Shown here in pieces: positions 40,138 to 53,400 of a stretch of 64,000 bases of DNA (position 1 is the stretch's first letter; each line of letters opens with the position of its first letter). Source of the stretch: Eledone cirrhosa (Eukaryota); assembly GCA_964016885.1 (NCBI GenBank), contig OZ024741.1, forward strand, positions 308,512,001-308,576,000, in the 5' to 3' direction. Under the pieces are notes generated by a model, which saw only the letters and a program-made list of their open reading frames with translations, was not told the origin of the DNA and did no database searches. The translations under genes and the position numbers were made by a program.

Positions 40138-40322
40138 GTGTATGTGTGTGTGTATGTGTATGTGTGTATGTGTATGTGTGTGTGTATGTGTGCACGTATT
40201 TGTGGACATAAGTGCATGTGTATCTGTTTATATTGATGGTGCATGTGTATGTTTGTGTGTACGTATTTGGGGAAGTGTATGTACGTATGTATGAGTGTGT
40301 TTGAAGATAGAGCATGTCGGTA

Positions 40323-40372
<50 letters not shown>

Positions 40373-40518
40373 CACGTATTTGTGTACATGGGTGTGATTT
40401 CTTGTTTGTGTGTGTATATTTGATTATATACGTTTATGTTTGTGTGTATGTTTTTATGTGAATTTGAGGGAAGTGTATATATGTGCATGTATGTGTGAGT
40501 GTAATTGAGGGTACAGTA

Positions 40519-40564
<46 letters not shown>

Positions 40565-40636
40565 GAAGAGAGCATATGTGTGAATATGTGTATATTTGTG
40601 TGTGAGAGAGGGTGTGCTCGACAGTAAAACGCGTGT

Positions 40637-41716
40637 GTATGTATGTTTGTGTGTATGTATGTTTGTGTGTATGTATGTTTGTGTGTGTGTATGTATGTGT
40701 GTATGTATGTTTGTGTGTAAGTATGTTTGTGTGTATGTATGTTTGTGTGTGTATGTTTGTGTGTATGTATGTTTGTGTGTGTGTATGTTTGTGTGTATGT
40801 ATGTTTGTGCGTATGTATGTTTGTGTGTATGTATGTTTGTGTGTGTGTATGTTTGTGTGTGTGTATGTTTGTGTGTATGTATGTTTGTGTGTGTGTATGT
40901 TTGTGTGTATGTTTGTGTGTATGTATGTTTGTGTGTGTGTATGTTTGTGTGTATGTATATTTGTGTGTATGTATATTTGTGTGTATGTATGTTTGTGTGT
41001 GTGTATGTTTGTGTGTATGTATGTTTGTGTGTATGTATGTTTGTGTGTGTATGTTTGTGTGTATGTATGTTTGTGCGTATGTATGTTTGTGTGTGTGTAT
41101 GTTTGTGTGTATGTATGTTTGTGTGTGTGTATGTTTGTGTGTATGTTTGTGTGTATGTATGTTTGTGTGTGTGTATGTTTGTGTGTATGTATATTTGTGT
41201 GTATGTATATTTGTGTGTATGTATGTTTGTGTGTGTGTATGTTTGTGTGTATGTATGTTTGTGTGTATGTATGTTTGTGTGTGTATGTTTGTGTGTATGT
41301 ATGTTTGTGCGTATGTATGTTTGTGTGTATGTATGTTTGTGTGTGTGTATGTTTGTGTGTGTGTATGTTTGTGTGCATGTATGTTTGTGTGTGTGTATGT
41401 TTGTGTGTATGTATATTTGTGTGTATGTATATTTGTGTGTATGTATGTTTGTGTGTGTGTATGTTTGTGTGTGTTTGTGTGTATGTATGTTTGTGTGTAT
41501 GTATGTTTGTGTGTGTGTATGTTTGTGTGTGTGTATGTTTGTGTGTATGTATGTTTGTGCGTGTGTATGTTTGTGTGTATGTATGTTTGTGTGTATATAT
41601 GTTTGTGTGTATGTATGTTTGTGTGTGTTTGTGTGTATGTATATTTGTGTGTATGTATGTTTGTGTGTATGTATGTTTGTGTGTATGTATGTTTGTGTGT
41701 GTGTATGTTTGTGTGT
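40637..41716. repeat. 16-bp TG-derived minisatellite (GTATGTTTGTGTGTAT)
   Basis: Seen directly; variant GTATATTTG doublets recur at ~40955, 41189, 41411. Confidence 0.9.
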
Positions 41717-42091
41717 AATTGGTGGCACAGCATGTATGAATGTAAAGCTTGTATGTGTATTTATTTAGGCATTTGAGAATAAAGCATGTGTGTGTACATG
41801 TGTATATGTATGTTTGTGTGCGTGTATGTTTGTGTGTATGTATGTGACTGTGTGTGAGCATTTATGTGTGCAGGAGAAAGTATGAAGATGAAGGTGAGAA
41901 AATTTATAGATATTCGTGGTGTAAGAGTCAGGAGGAGAGAGGATGAAATACAGGGGATATAGATAGAGAAAGAAGGAAGGATATATATATACTCGTATAT
42001 ATATACTTACAAACACATACGCATATTTATAGTGAGAGGGAGAGACACACGAATAGGTACACCAACCCTCTCTCTCTCCCTCTCTCTCTCT

Positions 42092-42145
<54 letters not shown>

Positions 42146-42220
42146 GGGGGGGAGAAGGGGTAGGCAAGGGAGACAGGGAGATAGATACATAGATAGATAA
42201 ACTAACAAACAGATTAATTG

Positions 42221-42251
<31 letters not shown>

Positions 42252-42925
42252 AGGAACACCAATAAATAAATAATACTAAATACATAAAAATATAAGAAAG
42301 AAAAAAAGAAAGAGAAGGGGAAGAAAAACGAAAGAAAGGAAAGAGGAAGAATAGAAAAGAGAAAGAAAGGGAAGAGAAAGAAAATAAAAAATGAAAGAAA
42401 CCCTAGGAAAATTAAATACACCAAAACACAAGAAAGGAAAATCAAAGCTAAAATTAAGATAATATTATTGTTATTAATATTGTTGTTGTTATTAGTAATT
42501 GTTATTGTTGATACTGTTATTAATATTATTATTTCCTTTATTTTTGGCATTCTTGTTTGATTTTTCAAATGAAAAAAAAAATGTTTCTAAAATGAAGAAG
42601 AAATTGCTAATGGTTTTAAAATATCGTTAGCGAATTGGCTTTGCAAATATTGTCTTTTCTGTGTGTGTGCTTATATATATATATATTATATATACATATA
42701 TATATATGTGTGTGTGTGTGTGTGTCTGCATCTTTCCAGCCTCTTCACAAAAACACGCTACAATAGTCACACCACTTTACACTCTCCAAGATGGACGACT
42801 GCATAAGCACGTATGTTGTTTTTTTTTCTCCGCAATTTCTTTTTCTCTCTTTTTTTTCTCAATTTTCCCCGTTCCTTCCTCTCATCATTCTTTACTTTCT
42901 ATTTATCTTCTCTTTCTAACTCTAA

Positions 42926-42960
42926 CTTTTGATGAAGGACTAGTGTCCGAAACGTTAAGA
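42926..42960 (+). ncRNA. Degenerate minimal hammerhead motif
   Basis: TTGATGA-A GGAC TAGT GTCC-GAAACGTTAAGA; C3 mutated, weak stem I. Confidence 0.5.
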
Positions 42961-43227
42961 CTTTCTTCCTGCTATTTCAAGCGTTAAACTAATATATTTC
43001 TCCCATGTACTGTGTCGTTTGTTTAGTTATTTTTGTTATTTCTGTGTAACTTTTACATACACACACACGCACACGCACACAGACATATATATATAAAATG
43101 AATATGCATGTATGTATATATATATATATATATATATACATACATGCATATTCATTTTATTAAGGCTAAATAGTGAGTCTTGTTACTCTGGAGTTTCAGC
43201 TGTATATATATGAGGGGGAGGGGTGTA

Positions 43228-43856
43228 CAAGATACAACATCAGGAACTCCAAGACATTGGAATAACCAATATTGGAAGAATTAAAGTTCATTCATCAGGA
43301 GGAGAGTTCTTCATAGAAATAAGGGGATAAATTGAATATATATCATACATACCATTTCATTGCTAGACCACATGATGAAGCAATGTCTTGTAACGCTGAG
43401 TTACTGTATGAATATATTCCACCCAAGGGGACAAGTTTTTTAGTTGATTTGGCTTATATCACCCCAAAATAAGATTACTATATTTATTAATGTATATATC
43501 TTATCCTTTCATTGAGATGTCTACGTGTTAGAGACGATTAGCTTTGTAGAGTTATAAATCAATATTGACTGCTCCATCATTGTTGAGCTAATTTAGAGAG
43601 TTTTGGGCTGATGTTTCCAGCGTCAACATAAGCCTGTCGTATTCGCCTAATACATTAAATAGGAAATATTCATACAGTAATTCAGCGTTGTAAGACATTG
43701 CTTCATCATGAGGTCTAACAACAACATGGTATGTATGATATATATTCAACTTGTCCCCTTATTTCTAAAAAGAATTCACCTTCCGATGAATATTAGTTAT
43801 TCCAATATCCTAGAATTCCTGATGTTGTATTTTGAGTTCCAGAAACCATGGTCGGG
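43228..43856. repeat. Diverged inverted repeat (~170-190-bp arms); family also at 57600-57890
   Basis: 43228-43420 aligns to the reverse complement of 43662-43834; HHR-like motif at 43815-43856. Confidence 0.85.
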
Positions 43857-44062
43857 CTACTATATAAGTTAAAGCCGACTTTTTCATCCCCAGAAAATGA
43901 AATTTTGGCTTAAGTTTGATATTTTTAATACTTCATTAAGACGTTTATGTGTTAGAGACAGTTAGCTTTGTAGAGTTATATATATATATATATATATATA
44001 TAGTGTGTGTGTGTATGTGTGTGTGTTTGTGTGTGTATGTGTGTGTATGTGCGTGTGCGCGC

Positions 44063-44130
<68 letters not shown>

Positions 44131-44164
44131 GTTAACAGCCGAAGTGTACGATAATTCGAAAAAG

Positions 44165-44535
44165 TAGCTGCTCTACCTGGAGTGATTCTCTGATCTCCGA
44201 GCTATTTACCCTATCAAGTAACGTTACTCGAAAGCCCCTTCGGAGGAACCCCATTTCGGTCGCCTGTATTCACAATCGTATTCTTTCGGTCATTACCCAA
44301 GATTCATGACTATAAGTGAGGGTTGGCACGAATACCGAATTGAATATAGAGAGTTTGGCTTTTACACCTACCTCCATTCTTCTGATTACCAAATGCTGAA
44401 GATGGTACATTACTGCAGCAGCTCTTGCAATTCTTGAACTTAATTCAGCCTCCTGTCTTCTACCACGCATGAACACGGCTCCGAGATATTTGAACTTCTC
44501 CACCTGCTTCTGTGGAACTCGGTTCACATGTAGAC
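44165..44535 (-). mobile_element. RTE LINE fragment (RT thumb)
   Basis: QVEKFKYLGAVF...SRIARA...KAKLSIFNSVFVPTLTYSHESW. Confidence 0.88.
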
Positions 44536-44811
44536 GCGGGCGAAAGCTTGTACGAAAGGCGCCGGACTCGTCGTCGTCGTGAAATTTACATCGAGTGGAT
44601 GGGCATTCCATAGACACGTGTATCTTTAACCTAGATCTGAGAAGTATTTAGGGTAACAATGGGTGTGACAAACCTGGCCCTTTCAATTACGATTACAACT
44701 TATTCTTGCCAACTGAGTGGATTAGAGCAACGTGAAATAAAATGGCTCGCCACCGAGGAATTGAACCTACTATCATGAATCCATGCACCTTCCCATATTT
44801 ACATACATACA

Positions 44812-45197
44812 TACATGGTGGCTGCCAACTCGTTTTCGAGTACGGCCACTACTTTATATCCATGTAGGAGAACCCCTACCGAAGCGCTGAACGAGTGTGA
44901 CTTTTTAGTCCAGCCAGCGACTTGAAAACTCTGGTACAAACACTACACTTGTGACAATTATTGACACATAGTGCTGGGCCCATGGTACCATGTGAGGACA
45001 AGTGCAGAGAGATCTCCAGATATAAAGCAATGCCTGTGCCGTGAAGCTTTTATAGTGAGCAAAGGCACTGCACAAAGCCAGTCCCTCTCTCTTAACCAAG
45101 ATGATATTTACCAAAAAGCAGAACAAGTCAACATCATTGGATACCATCAGGGTTGCAGGTGTTATATCAGAGTTTTCCTTCTCCTAGAATTCTGCCT
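44812..45197 (-). mobile_element. 5'-truncated copy of the RTE-derived non-autonomous element
   Basis: Near-identical to 2338-2722. Confidence 0.85.
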
Positions 45198-45459
45198 GAT
45201 AGATACATATATAGAAACATACATACATATGACCCCCTATCGATTATTAATTACCATGGTTTTGCACCGAGAAAGTTGAAATAAAGTGTTTTGCTCAAGG
45301 ACATAATGTATTACCCGGTCCGAGAATCGTATTCACAACCTCTCAATTGCAGGCGTAACGTTCTAACCACAAAGCCATACATACATACATGCGAACATAC
45401 ATACACACATACGTAAATACGTACGTACGTACATACATAAATACATACATGCATACAAC

Positions 45460-45930
45460 AAATGATGAGGAATATGTTGAGATAGATGGCACTAAAGAAT
45501 ACTGGTGGCACTTCAAAATAAAAACTGCAATCAAATTAAAACACATCCGACCTGATATTTGGGACCACACATTGAAACATGTTCTGTTGTAGAGATCAGC
45601 TGCCCACTTGATGTCAACGTTGTAAGAAAAATACAAGAGAAGGGTTTAATGAGGAGTTTGCAGATCCAGTATCGAAGTTACACCTTCAGCTTCATACCCA
45701 ACATTATTGGAGCTACAGGTTATATACCAACCAAACCAGCTTGGACCAAAGTATAACTGAACTTGGATTTGTGGACAAAGAGCGCCGCTTTGTAATTCAT
45801 AGTCTACAAATGGCTGCGATAGCTGGCATCTTTAAAATTTTCAAGACATTTTTGCGATTCAAGGGAAGACAATTTCTTTCTTTTTACAACCTTGCCACCA
45901 GGAAGGTGGCCGGTCAAAAATGTACTCGAA
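45460..45930 (+). mobile_element. Degenerate R4-like RLE retrotransposon 3' end
   Basis: WW..KIKT...KHIRPDI, VEISCPLDVNV, FIPNIIGATG, with frameshifts. Confidence 0.7.
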
Positions 45931-45952
45931 ATTAAGAGAAAGAGAAACACGC

Positions 45953-46009
<57 letters not shown>

Positions 46010-46167
46010 TACATACATACATACATACATACATACATACATACATACATACATACATACATACATACATACATGCATACATACATACATACATACATAC
46101 ATAATACATACATGATGGCTGCCCCCTCGTTATCGAGTATGGCCATTGCACGAGAAAGAAAAAAAAA

Positions 46168-46199
<32 letters not shown>

Positions 46200-46204
<5 letters not shown>

Positions 46205-46607
46205 GAACACAATAGACCTGACCTGGTGGTTGTGGACAAAGAAAAAAGATCGTGCCTGATTGTGGATGTGGCCTGCCCGTTCGACACGAGAGTGCAAGAG
46301 AAGGAGAGGGAGAAAATTAACCGATACCAGGACCTAAAGTGGGAGGTGAAAAGGATTTGGAACTGCCATGAAGTCAAAGTGATCCCGATTGTCATAGGCG
46401 CACTGGGGACTATCTCCAAAGGTTTCCAGGGATGGTTAAAGAAAATCGGCCCCTTCACGCTTTTTGGAACGCTTCAAAAGGCATGCTTGCTTGAAACAGC
46501 AAGAACCCTCCGATACGTCCTGAATATCTGAGGCTGCAGGTAGTGGCTTGATATTCAATCCAACGGACTTTCCAGTTAACCAACATCAATGACTGAGATT
46601 CAAGGAA
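46200..46607 (+). mobile_element. R4/Dong-clade retrotransposon 3' end inserted in (TAA)n
   Basis: IEHNRPDLVVVDK...IVDVACPFD...EKINRYQDL...VIPIVIGALG...LQKACLL..ARTLR; (AAT)n on both sides. Confidence 0.9.
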
Positions 46608-46617
46608 TAACAATAAC

Positions 46618-46667
<50 letters not shown>

Positions 46668-46693
46668 GAAAAGAAAATAAAAATAAAAAAATA

Positions 46694-46731
<38 letters not shown>

Positions 46732-47060
46732 CATACACATATACACACACACTCACACACATATACACACACACATACATTAATATCAATAATAATAATA
46801 ATAATCATAACAATAATAATAACGACAACAAAATAATAATATACATATACATATATATATACACACACACATACATACATACATACATACATACATACAT
46901 ACATACATACATACTTTGTACCTAATGACAACACAAATATACATAAATTATATCAGGGACAGCTATACAGCAGCTGTCAAATGTTCCTGTTGTTGAGTCT
47001 TTTCGCAGCATCCATAAATTGAAAAACCTTCTTTATGCTTGATAGATCCTTGACAATATA

Positions 47061-47245
47061 CGAGGGTAGGCTGAAACGCTCATAGGCTGACTAAGAAGGA
47101 GTGATGCTAGGGCTGTGAAATCTTGCAGACATTAATTCTAACTCTTCTTATTAATATCTGCATTGTTTCTTTCCAGGGTCTGTTGAAAATTAAATTTCAT
47201 TTGGAAATTCCATGGTCAGCCTATAAACTTTTCAGCTAACCCTCA
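47061..47245. mobile_element. Mariner-derived MITE
   Basis: TA|CGAGGGTAGGCTGAAACGCTCATAGGCTGAC...GTCAGCCTATAAACTTTTCAGCTAACCCTCA|TA. Confidence 0.88.
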
Positions 47246-47469
47246 TATGTTTGTGTACATATTTTTAATGCTTTGGCCTAGAGGGAGAAATAGAAAACCC
47301 TTCAGGAAATTACAGCCAAATCTTCCTGCCGTTTGGTTGTGGCGTAGCGGGGTGTTGGTGGTGTAATGTTGGTGATGTTACTGGTGGTGATGATGATACT
47401 GCTGATGTTGTTGAAGACAGAGATGGTATTGGTGGTGGTAGTAATGTTGTTCTTGTTTATTTTATTGTT

Positions 47470-50400
47470 GGTGATGGGGGTGTTGTTGATGGTGGTGTTG
47501 GTGATGGTGCTGGTATTGGAGGTGTTGTTGGTGGTGGTGATGGTGATGGTGCTGGTATTGGAGGTGGTGTTGATGGTGGTGTTGGTGATGGTGATGGTAT
47601 TGGAGGTGTTGTTGGTGGTGGTGATGGTGATGGTGCTGGTATTGGAGGTGTTGGTGATGGTGGTGTTGGTGATGGTGCTGGTATTGGAGGTGTTGTTGGT
47701 GGTGGTGTTGGTGATGGTGCTGGTATTGGAGGTGTTGTTGGTGGTGGTGATGGTGATGGTGCTGGTATTGGAGGTGTTGGTGATGGTGGTGTTGGTGATG
47801 GTGGTGTTGGTGATGGTGCTGGTATTGGAGGTGTTGTTGGTGGTGGTGATGGTGATGGTGCTGGTATTGGAGGTGTTGGTGATGGTGGTGTTGGTGATGG
47901 TGCTGGTATTGGAGGTGTTGGTGATGGTGGTGTTGGTGATGGTGGTGTTGGTGATGGTGCTGGTATTGGAGGTGTTGTTGGTGGTGGTGATGGTGATGGT
48001 GCTGGTATTGGAGGTGTTGTTGGTGGTGGTGATGTTGATGGTGCTGGTATTGGAGGTGTTGTTGGTGGTGGTGATGGTGATGGTGCTGGTATTGGAGGTG
48101 TTGTTGGTGGTGGTGATGGTGATGATGCTGGTATTGGAGGTGTTGGTGATGGTGGTGTTGGTGATGGTGCTGGTATTGGAGGTGTTGGTGATGGTGGTGT
48201 TGGTGATGGTGGTGTTGGTGATGGTGCTGGTATTGGAGGTGTTGTTGGTGGTGGTGATGGTGATGGTGCTGGTATTGGAGGTGTTGTTGGTGGTGGTGAT
48301 GGTGATGGTGCTGGTATTGGAGGTGTTGTTGATGGTGGTAATGGTGATGGTGCTGGTATTGGAGGTGTTGGTGATGGTGGTGTTGGTGATGGTGCTGGTA
48401 TTGGAGGTGTTGGTGATGGTGGTGTTGGTGATGGTGGTGTTGGTGATGGTGCTGGTATTGGAGGTGTTGTTGGTGGTGGTGATGGTGATGGTGCTGGTAT
48501 TGGAGGTGTTGTTGGTGGTGGTGATGTTGATGGTGCTGGTATTGGAGGTGTTGTTGGTGGTGGTGATGGTGATGGTGCTGGTATTGGGGGTGTTGTGGTG
48601 GTGGTGATGGTGATGGTACTGGTATTGGAGGTGTTGTTGATGGTGGTGATGGTGATGGTGCTGGTATTGGAGGTGTTGGTGATGGTGGTGTTGGTGATGG
48701 TGCTGGTATTGGAGGTGTTGTTGGTGGTGGTGATGGTGATGGTGCTGGTATTGGAGGTGTTGGTGATGGTGGTGTTGGTGATGGTGCTGGTGCTGGTATT
48801 GGAGGTGTTGTTGGTGGTGGTGATGGTGATGGTGCTGGTATTGGAGGTGTTGTTGGTGGTGGTGATGGTGATGGTGCTGGTATTGGAGGTGTTGGTGATG
48901 GTGGTGATGGTGATGGTGCTGGTATTGGAGGTGTTGTTGGTGGTGGTGATGGTGATGGTGCTGGTATTGGAGGTGTTGTTGGTGGTGGTGATGGTGATGG
49001 TGCTGGTATTGGAGGTGTTGTTGGTGGTGGTGATGGTGCTGGTGCTGGTATTGGAGGTGTTGTTGGTGGTGGTGATGGTGATGGTGCTGGTATTGGAGGT
49101 GTTGTTGGTGGTGGTGATGGTGCTGGTGCTGGTATTGGAGGTGTTGTTGGTGGTGGTGATGGTGATGGTGCTGGTATTGGAGGTGTTGTTGGTGGTGGTG
49201 ATGGTGATGGTGCTGGTATTGGAGGTGTTGTTGGTGGTGGTGATGGTGATGGTGCTGGTATTGGAGGTGTTGGTGATGGTGGTGTTGGTGATGGTGCTGG
49301 TATTGGAGGTGTTGTTGGTGGTGGTGATGGTGATGGTGCTGGTATTGGAGGTGTTGGTGATGGTGGTGTTGGTGATGGTGCTGGTATTGGAGGTGTTGGT
49401 GATGGTGGTGTTGGTGATGGTGCTGGTATTGGAGGTGTTGTTGGTGGTGGTGATGGTGATGGTGCTGGTATTGGAGGTGTTGGTGATGGTGGTGTTGGTG
49501 ATGGTGGTGTTGGTGATGGTGCTGGTATTGGAGGTGTTGGTGATGGTGGTGTTGGTGATGGTGGTGTTGGTGATGGTGCTGGTATTGGGGGTGTTGTGGT
49601 GGTGGTGTTGGTGATGGTGCTGGTATTGGAGGTGTTGTTGGTGGTGGTGATGGTGATGGTGCTGGTATTGGAGGTGTTGGTGATGGTGGTGTTGGTGATG
49701 GTGCTGGTATTGGAGGTGTTGTTGGTGGTGGTGATGTTGATGGTGCTGGTATTGGAGGTGTTGTTGGTGGTGGTGATGGTGATGGTGCTGGTATTGGAGG
49801 TGTTGGTGATGGTGGTGTTGGTGATGGTGCTGGTATTGGAGGTGTTGTTGGTGGTGGTGATGGTGATGGTGCTGGTATTGGAGGTGTTGGTGATGGTGGT
49901 GTTGGTGATGGTGGTGTTGGTGATGGTGCTGGTATTGGAGGTGTTGTTGGTGGTGGTGATGGTGATGGTGCTGGTATTGGAGGTGTTGTTGGTGGTGGTG
50001 ATGGTGATGGTGCTGGTATTGGAGGTGTTGGTGATGGTGGTGTTGGTGATGGTGGTGTTGGTGATGGTGCTGGTATTGGAGGTGTTGTTGGTGGTGGTGA
50101 TGGTGATGGTGCTGGTATTGGAGGTGTTGTTGGTGGTGGTGATGGTGATGGTGCTGGTATTGGAGGTGTTGGTGATGGTGGTGATGGTGATGGTGCTGGT
50201 ATTGGAGGTGTTGGTGATGGTGGTGTTGGTGATGGTGCTGGTATTGGAGGTGTTGGTGATGGTGGTGTTGGTGATGGTGGTGTTGGTGATGGTGCTGGTA
50301 TTGGAGGTGTTGTTGGTGGTGGTGATGGTGATGGTGCTGGTATTGGAGGTGTTGTTGGTGGTGGTGATGGTGATGGTGCTGGTATTGGAGGTGTTGGTGA

Positions 50401-53400
50401 TGGTGGTGTTGGTGATGGTGGTGTTGGTGATGGTGCTGGTATTGGAGGTGTTGTTGCTGGTGGTGATGGTGATGGTGCTGGTATTGGAGGTGTTGTTGGT
50501 GGTGGTGATGGTGATGGTGCTGGTATTGGAGGTGTTGGTGATGGTGGTGATGGTGATGGTGCTGGTATTGGAGGTGTTGGTGATGGTGGTGTTGGTGATG
50601 GTGCTGGTATTGGAGGTGTTGGTGATGGTGGTGTTGGTGATGGTGGTGTTGGTGATGGTGCTGGTATTGGAGGTGTTGTTGGTGGTGGTGATGGTGATGG
50701 TGCTGGTATTGGAGGTGTTGTTGGTGGTGGTGATGTTGATGGTGCTGGTATTGGAGGTGTTGTTGGTGGTGGTGATGGTGATGGTGCTGGTATTGGAGGT
50801 GTTGTTGGTGGTGGTGATGGTGATGGTGCTGGTATTGGAGGTGTTGGTGATGGTGGTGTTGGTGATGGTGCTGGTATTGGAGGTGTTGGTGATGGTGGTG
50901 TTGTTGATGGTGGTGTTGGTGATGGTGCTGGTATTGGAGGTGTTGTTGGTGGTGGTGATGGTGATGGTGCTGGTATTGTGGGTGTTGTGGTGGTGGTGTT
51001 GGTGATGGTGCTGGTATTGGAGGTGTTGTTGGTGGTGGTGATGGTGATGGTGCTGGTATTGGAGGTGTTGGTGATGGTGGTGTTGGTGATGGTGCTGGTA
51101 TTGGAGGTGTTGTTGATGGTGGTGTTGGTGATGGTGCTGGTATTGGAGGTGTTGTTGGTGGTGGTGATGGTGATGGTGCTGGTATTGGAGGTGTTGGTGA
51201 TGGTGGTGTTGATGATGGTGCTGGTATTGGAGGTGTTGGTGATGGTGGTGTTGGTGATGGTGCTGGTATTGGAGGTGTTGGTGATGGTGGTGTTGGTTGA
51301 TGGTGCTGGTATTGGGGGTGTTGTGGTGGTGGTGTTGGTGATGGTGCTGGTATTGGAGGTGTTGTTGGTGGTGGTGATGTTGATGGTGCTGGTATTGGAG
51401 GTGTTGGTGATGGTGGTGTTGGTGATGGTGCTGGTATTGGAGGTGTTGGTGATGGTGGTGTTGGTGATGGTGGTGTTGGTGATGGTGCTGGTATTGGAGG
51501 TGTTGGTGATGGTGGTGTTGGTTGATGGTGCTGGTATTGGGGGTGTTGTGGCGGTGGTGTTGGTGATGGTGCTGGTATTGGAGGTGTTGTTGGTGGTGGT
51601 GATGGTGATGGTGCTGGTATTGGAGGTGTTGGTGATGGTGGTGTTGGTGATGGTGCTGGTATTGGAGGTGTTGGTGATGGTGGTGTTGGTGATGGTGGTG
51701 TTGGTGATGGTGCTGGTATTGGAGGTGTTGGTGATGGTGGTGTTGGTGATGGTGGTGTTGGTGATGGTGCTGGTATTGGAGGTGTTGGTGATGGTGGTGT
51801 TGGTTGATGGTGCTGGTATTGGGGGTGTTGTGGTGGCGGTGTTGGTGATGGTGCTGGTATTGGAGGTGTTGTTGGTGGTGGTGATGGTGATGGTGCTGGT
51901 ATTGGAGGTGTTGGTGATGGTGGTGTTGTTGATGGTGGTGTTGGTGATGGTGCTGGTATTGGGGGTGTTGTGGTGGTGGTGTTGGTGATGGTGCTGGTAT
52001 TGGAGGTGTTGTTGGTGGTGGTGATGGTGATGGTGCTGGTATTGGAGGTGTTGGTGATGGTGGTGTTGTTGATGGTGGTGTTGGTGATGGTGCTGGTATT
52101 GGAGGTGTTGGTGATGGTGGTGTTGGTGATGGTGCTGGTATTGGAGGTGTTGGTGATGGTGGTGTTGTTGATGGTGGTGTTGGTTGATGGTGCTGGTATT
52201 GGGGGTGTTGTGGTGGTGGTGTTGGTGATGGTGCTGGTATTGGAGGTGTTGTTGGTGGTGGTGATGGTGATGGTGCTGGTATTGGAGGTGTTGGTGATGG
52301 TGGTGTTGTTGATGGTGGTGTTGGTGATGGTGCTGGTATTGGAGGTGTTGGTGATGGTGGTGTTGGTGATGGTGCTGGTATTGGAGGTGTTGGTGATGGT
52401 GGTGTTGGTGATGGTGGTGTTGGTGATGGTGCTGGTATTGGAGGTGTTGGTGATGGTGGTGTTGGTTGATGGTGCTGGTATTGGGGGTGTTGTGGTGGTG
52501 GTGTTGGTGATGGTGCTGGTATTGGAGGTGTTGTGGTGGTGGTGATGGTGATGGTGCTGGTATTGGAGGTGTTGGTGATGGTGGTGTTGGTGATGGTGCT
52601 GGTATTGGAGGTGTTGGTGATGGTGGTGTTGGTGATGGTGGTGTTGGTGATGGTGCTGGTATTGGAGGTGTTGGTGATGGTGGTGTTGTTGATGGTGGTG
52701 TTGGTGATGGTGCTGGTATTGGAGGTGTTGGTGATGGTGGTGTTGGTGATGGTGCTGGTATTGGAGGTGTTGGTGATGGTGGTGTTGGTGATGGTGCTGG
52801 TATTGGAGGTGTTGGTGATGGTGGTGATGGTGATGGTGCTAGTATTGGAGGTGTTGTTGGTGGTGGTGATGGTGATGGTGCTGGTATTGGAGGTGTTGTT
52901 GGTGGTGGTGATGGTGATGGTGCTGGTATTGGAGGTGTTGTTGGTGGTGGTGATGGTGATGGTGCTGGTATTGGAGGTGTTGTTGGTGGTGGTGATGGTG
53001 ATGGTGCTGGTATTGGAGGTGTTGTTGGTGGTGGTGATGGTGATGGTGCTGGTATTGGAGGTGTTGTTGGTGGTGGTGATGGTGATGGTGCTGGTATTGG
53101 AGGTGTTGTTGGTGGTGGTGATGGTGATGGTGCTGGTATTGGAGGTGTTGTTGGTGGTGGTGATGGTGATGGTGCTGGTATTGGAGGTGTTGTTGGTGGT
53201 GGTGATGGTGATGGTGCTGGTATTGGAGGTGGTGTTGATGGTGGTGATGGTGATGGTGCTGGTATTGGAGGTGGTGTTGATGGTGGTGTTGGTGATGGTA
53301 TTGGAGGTGTTGTTGATGGTGGTGTTGGTGATGGTGCTGGTATTGGAGGTGTTGGTGATGGTGGTGTTGGTGGTGGTGCTGGTATTGGAGGTGTTGGTGA

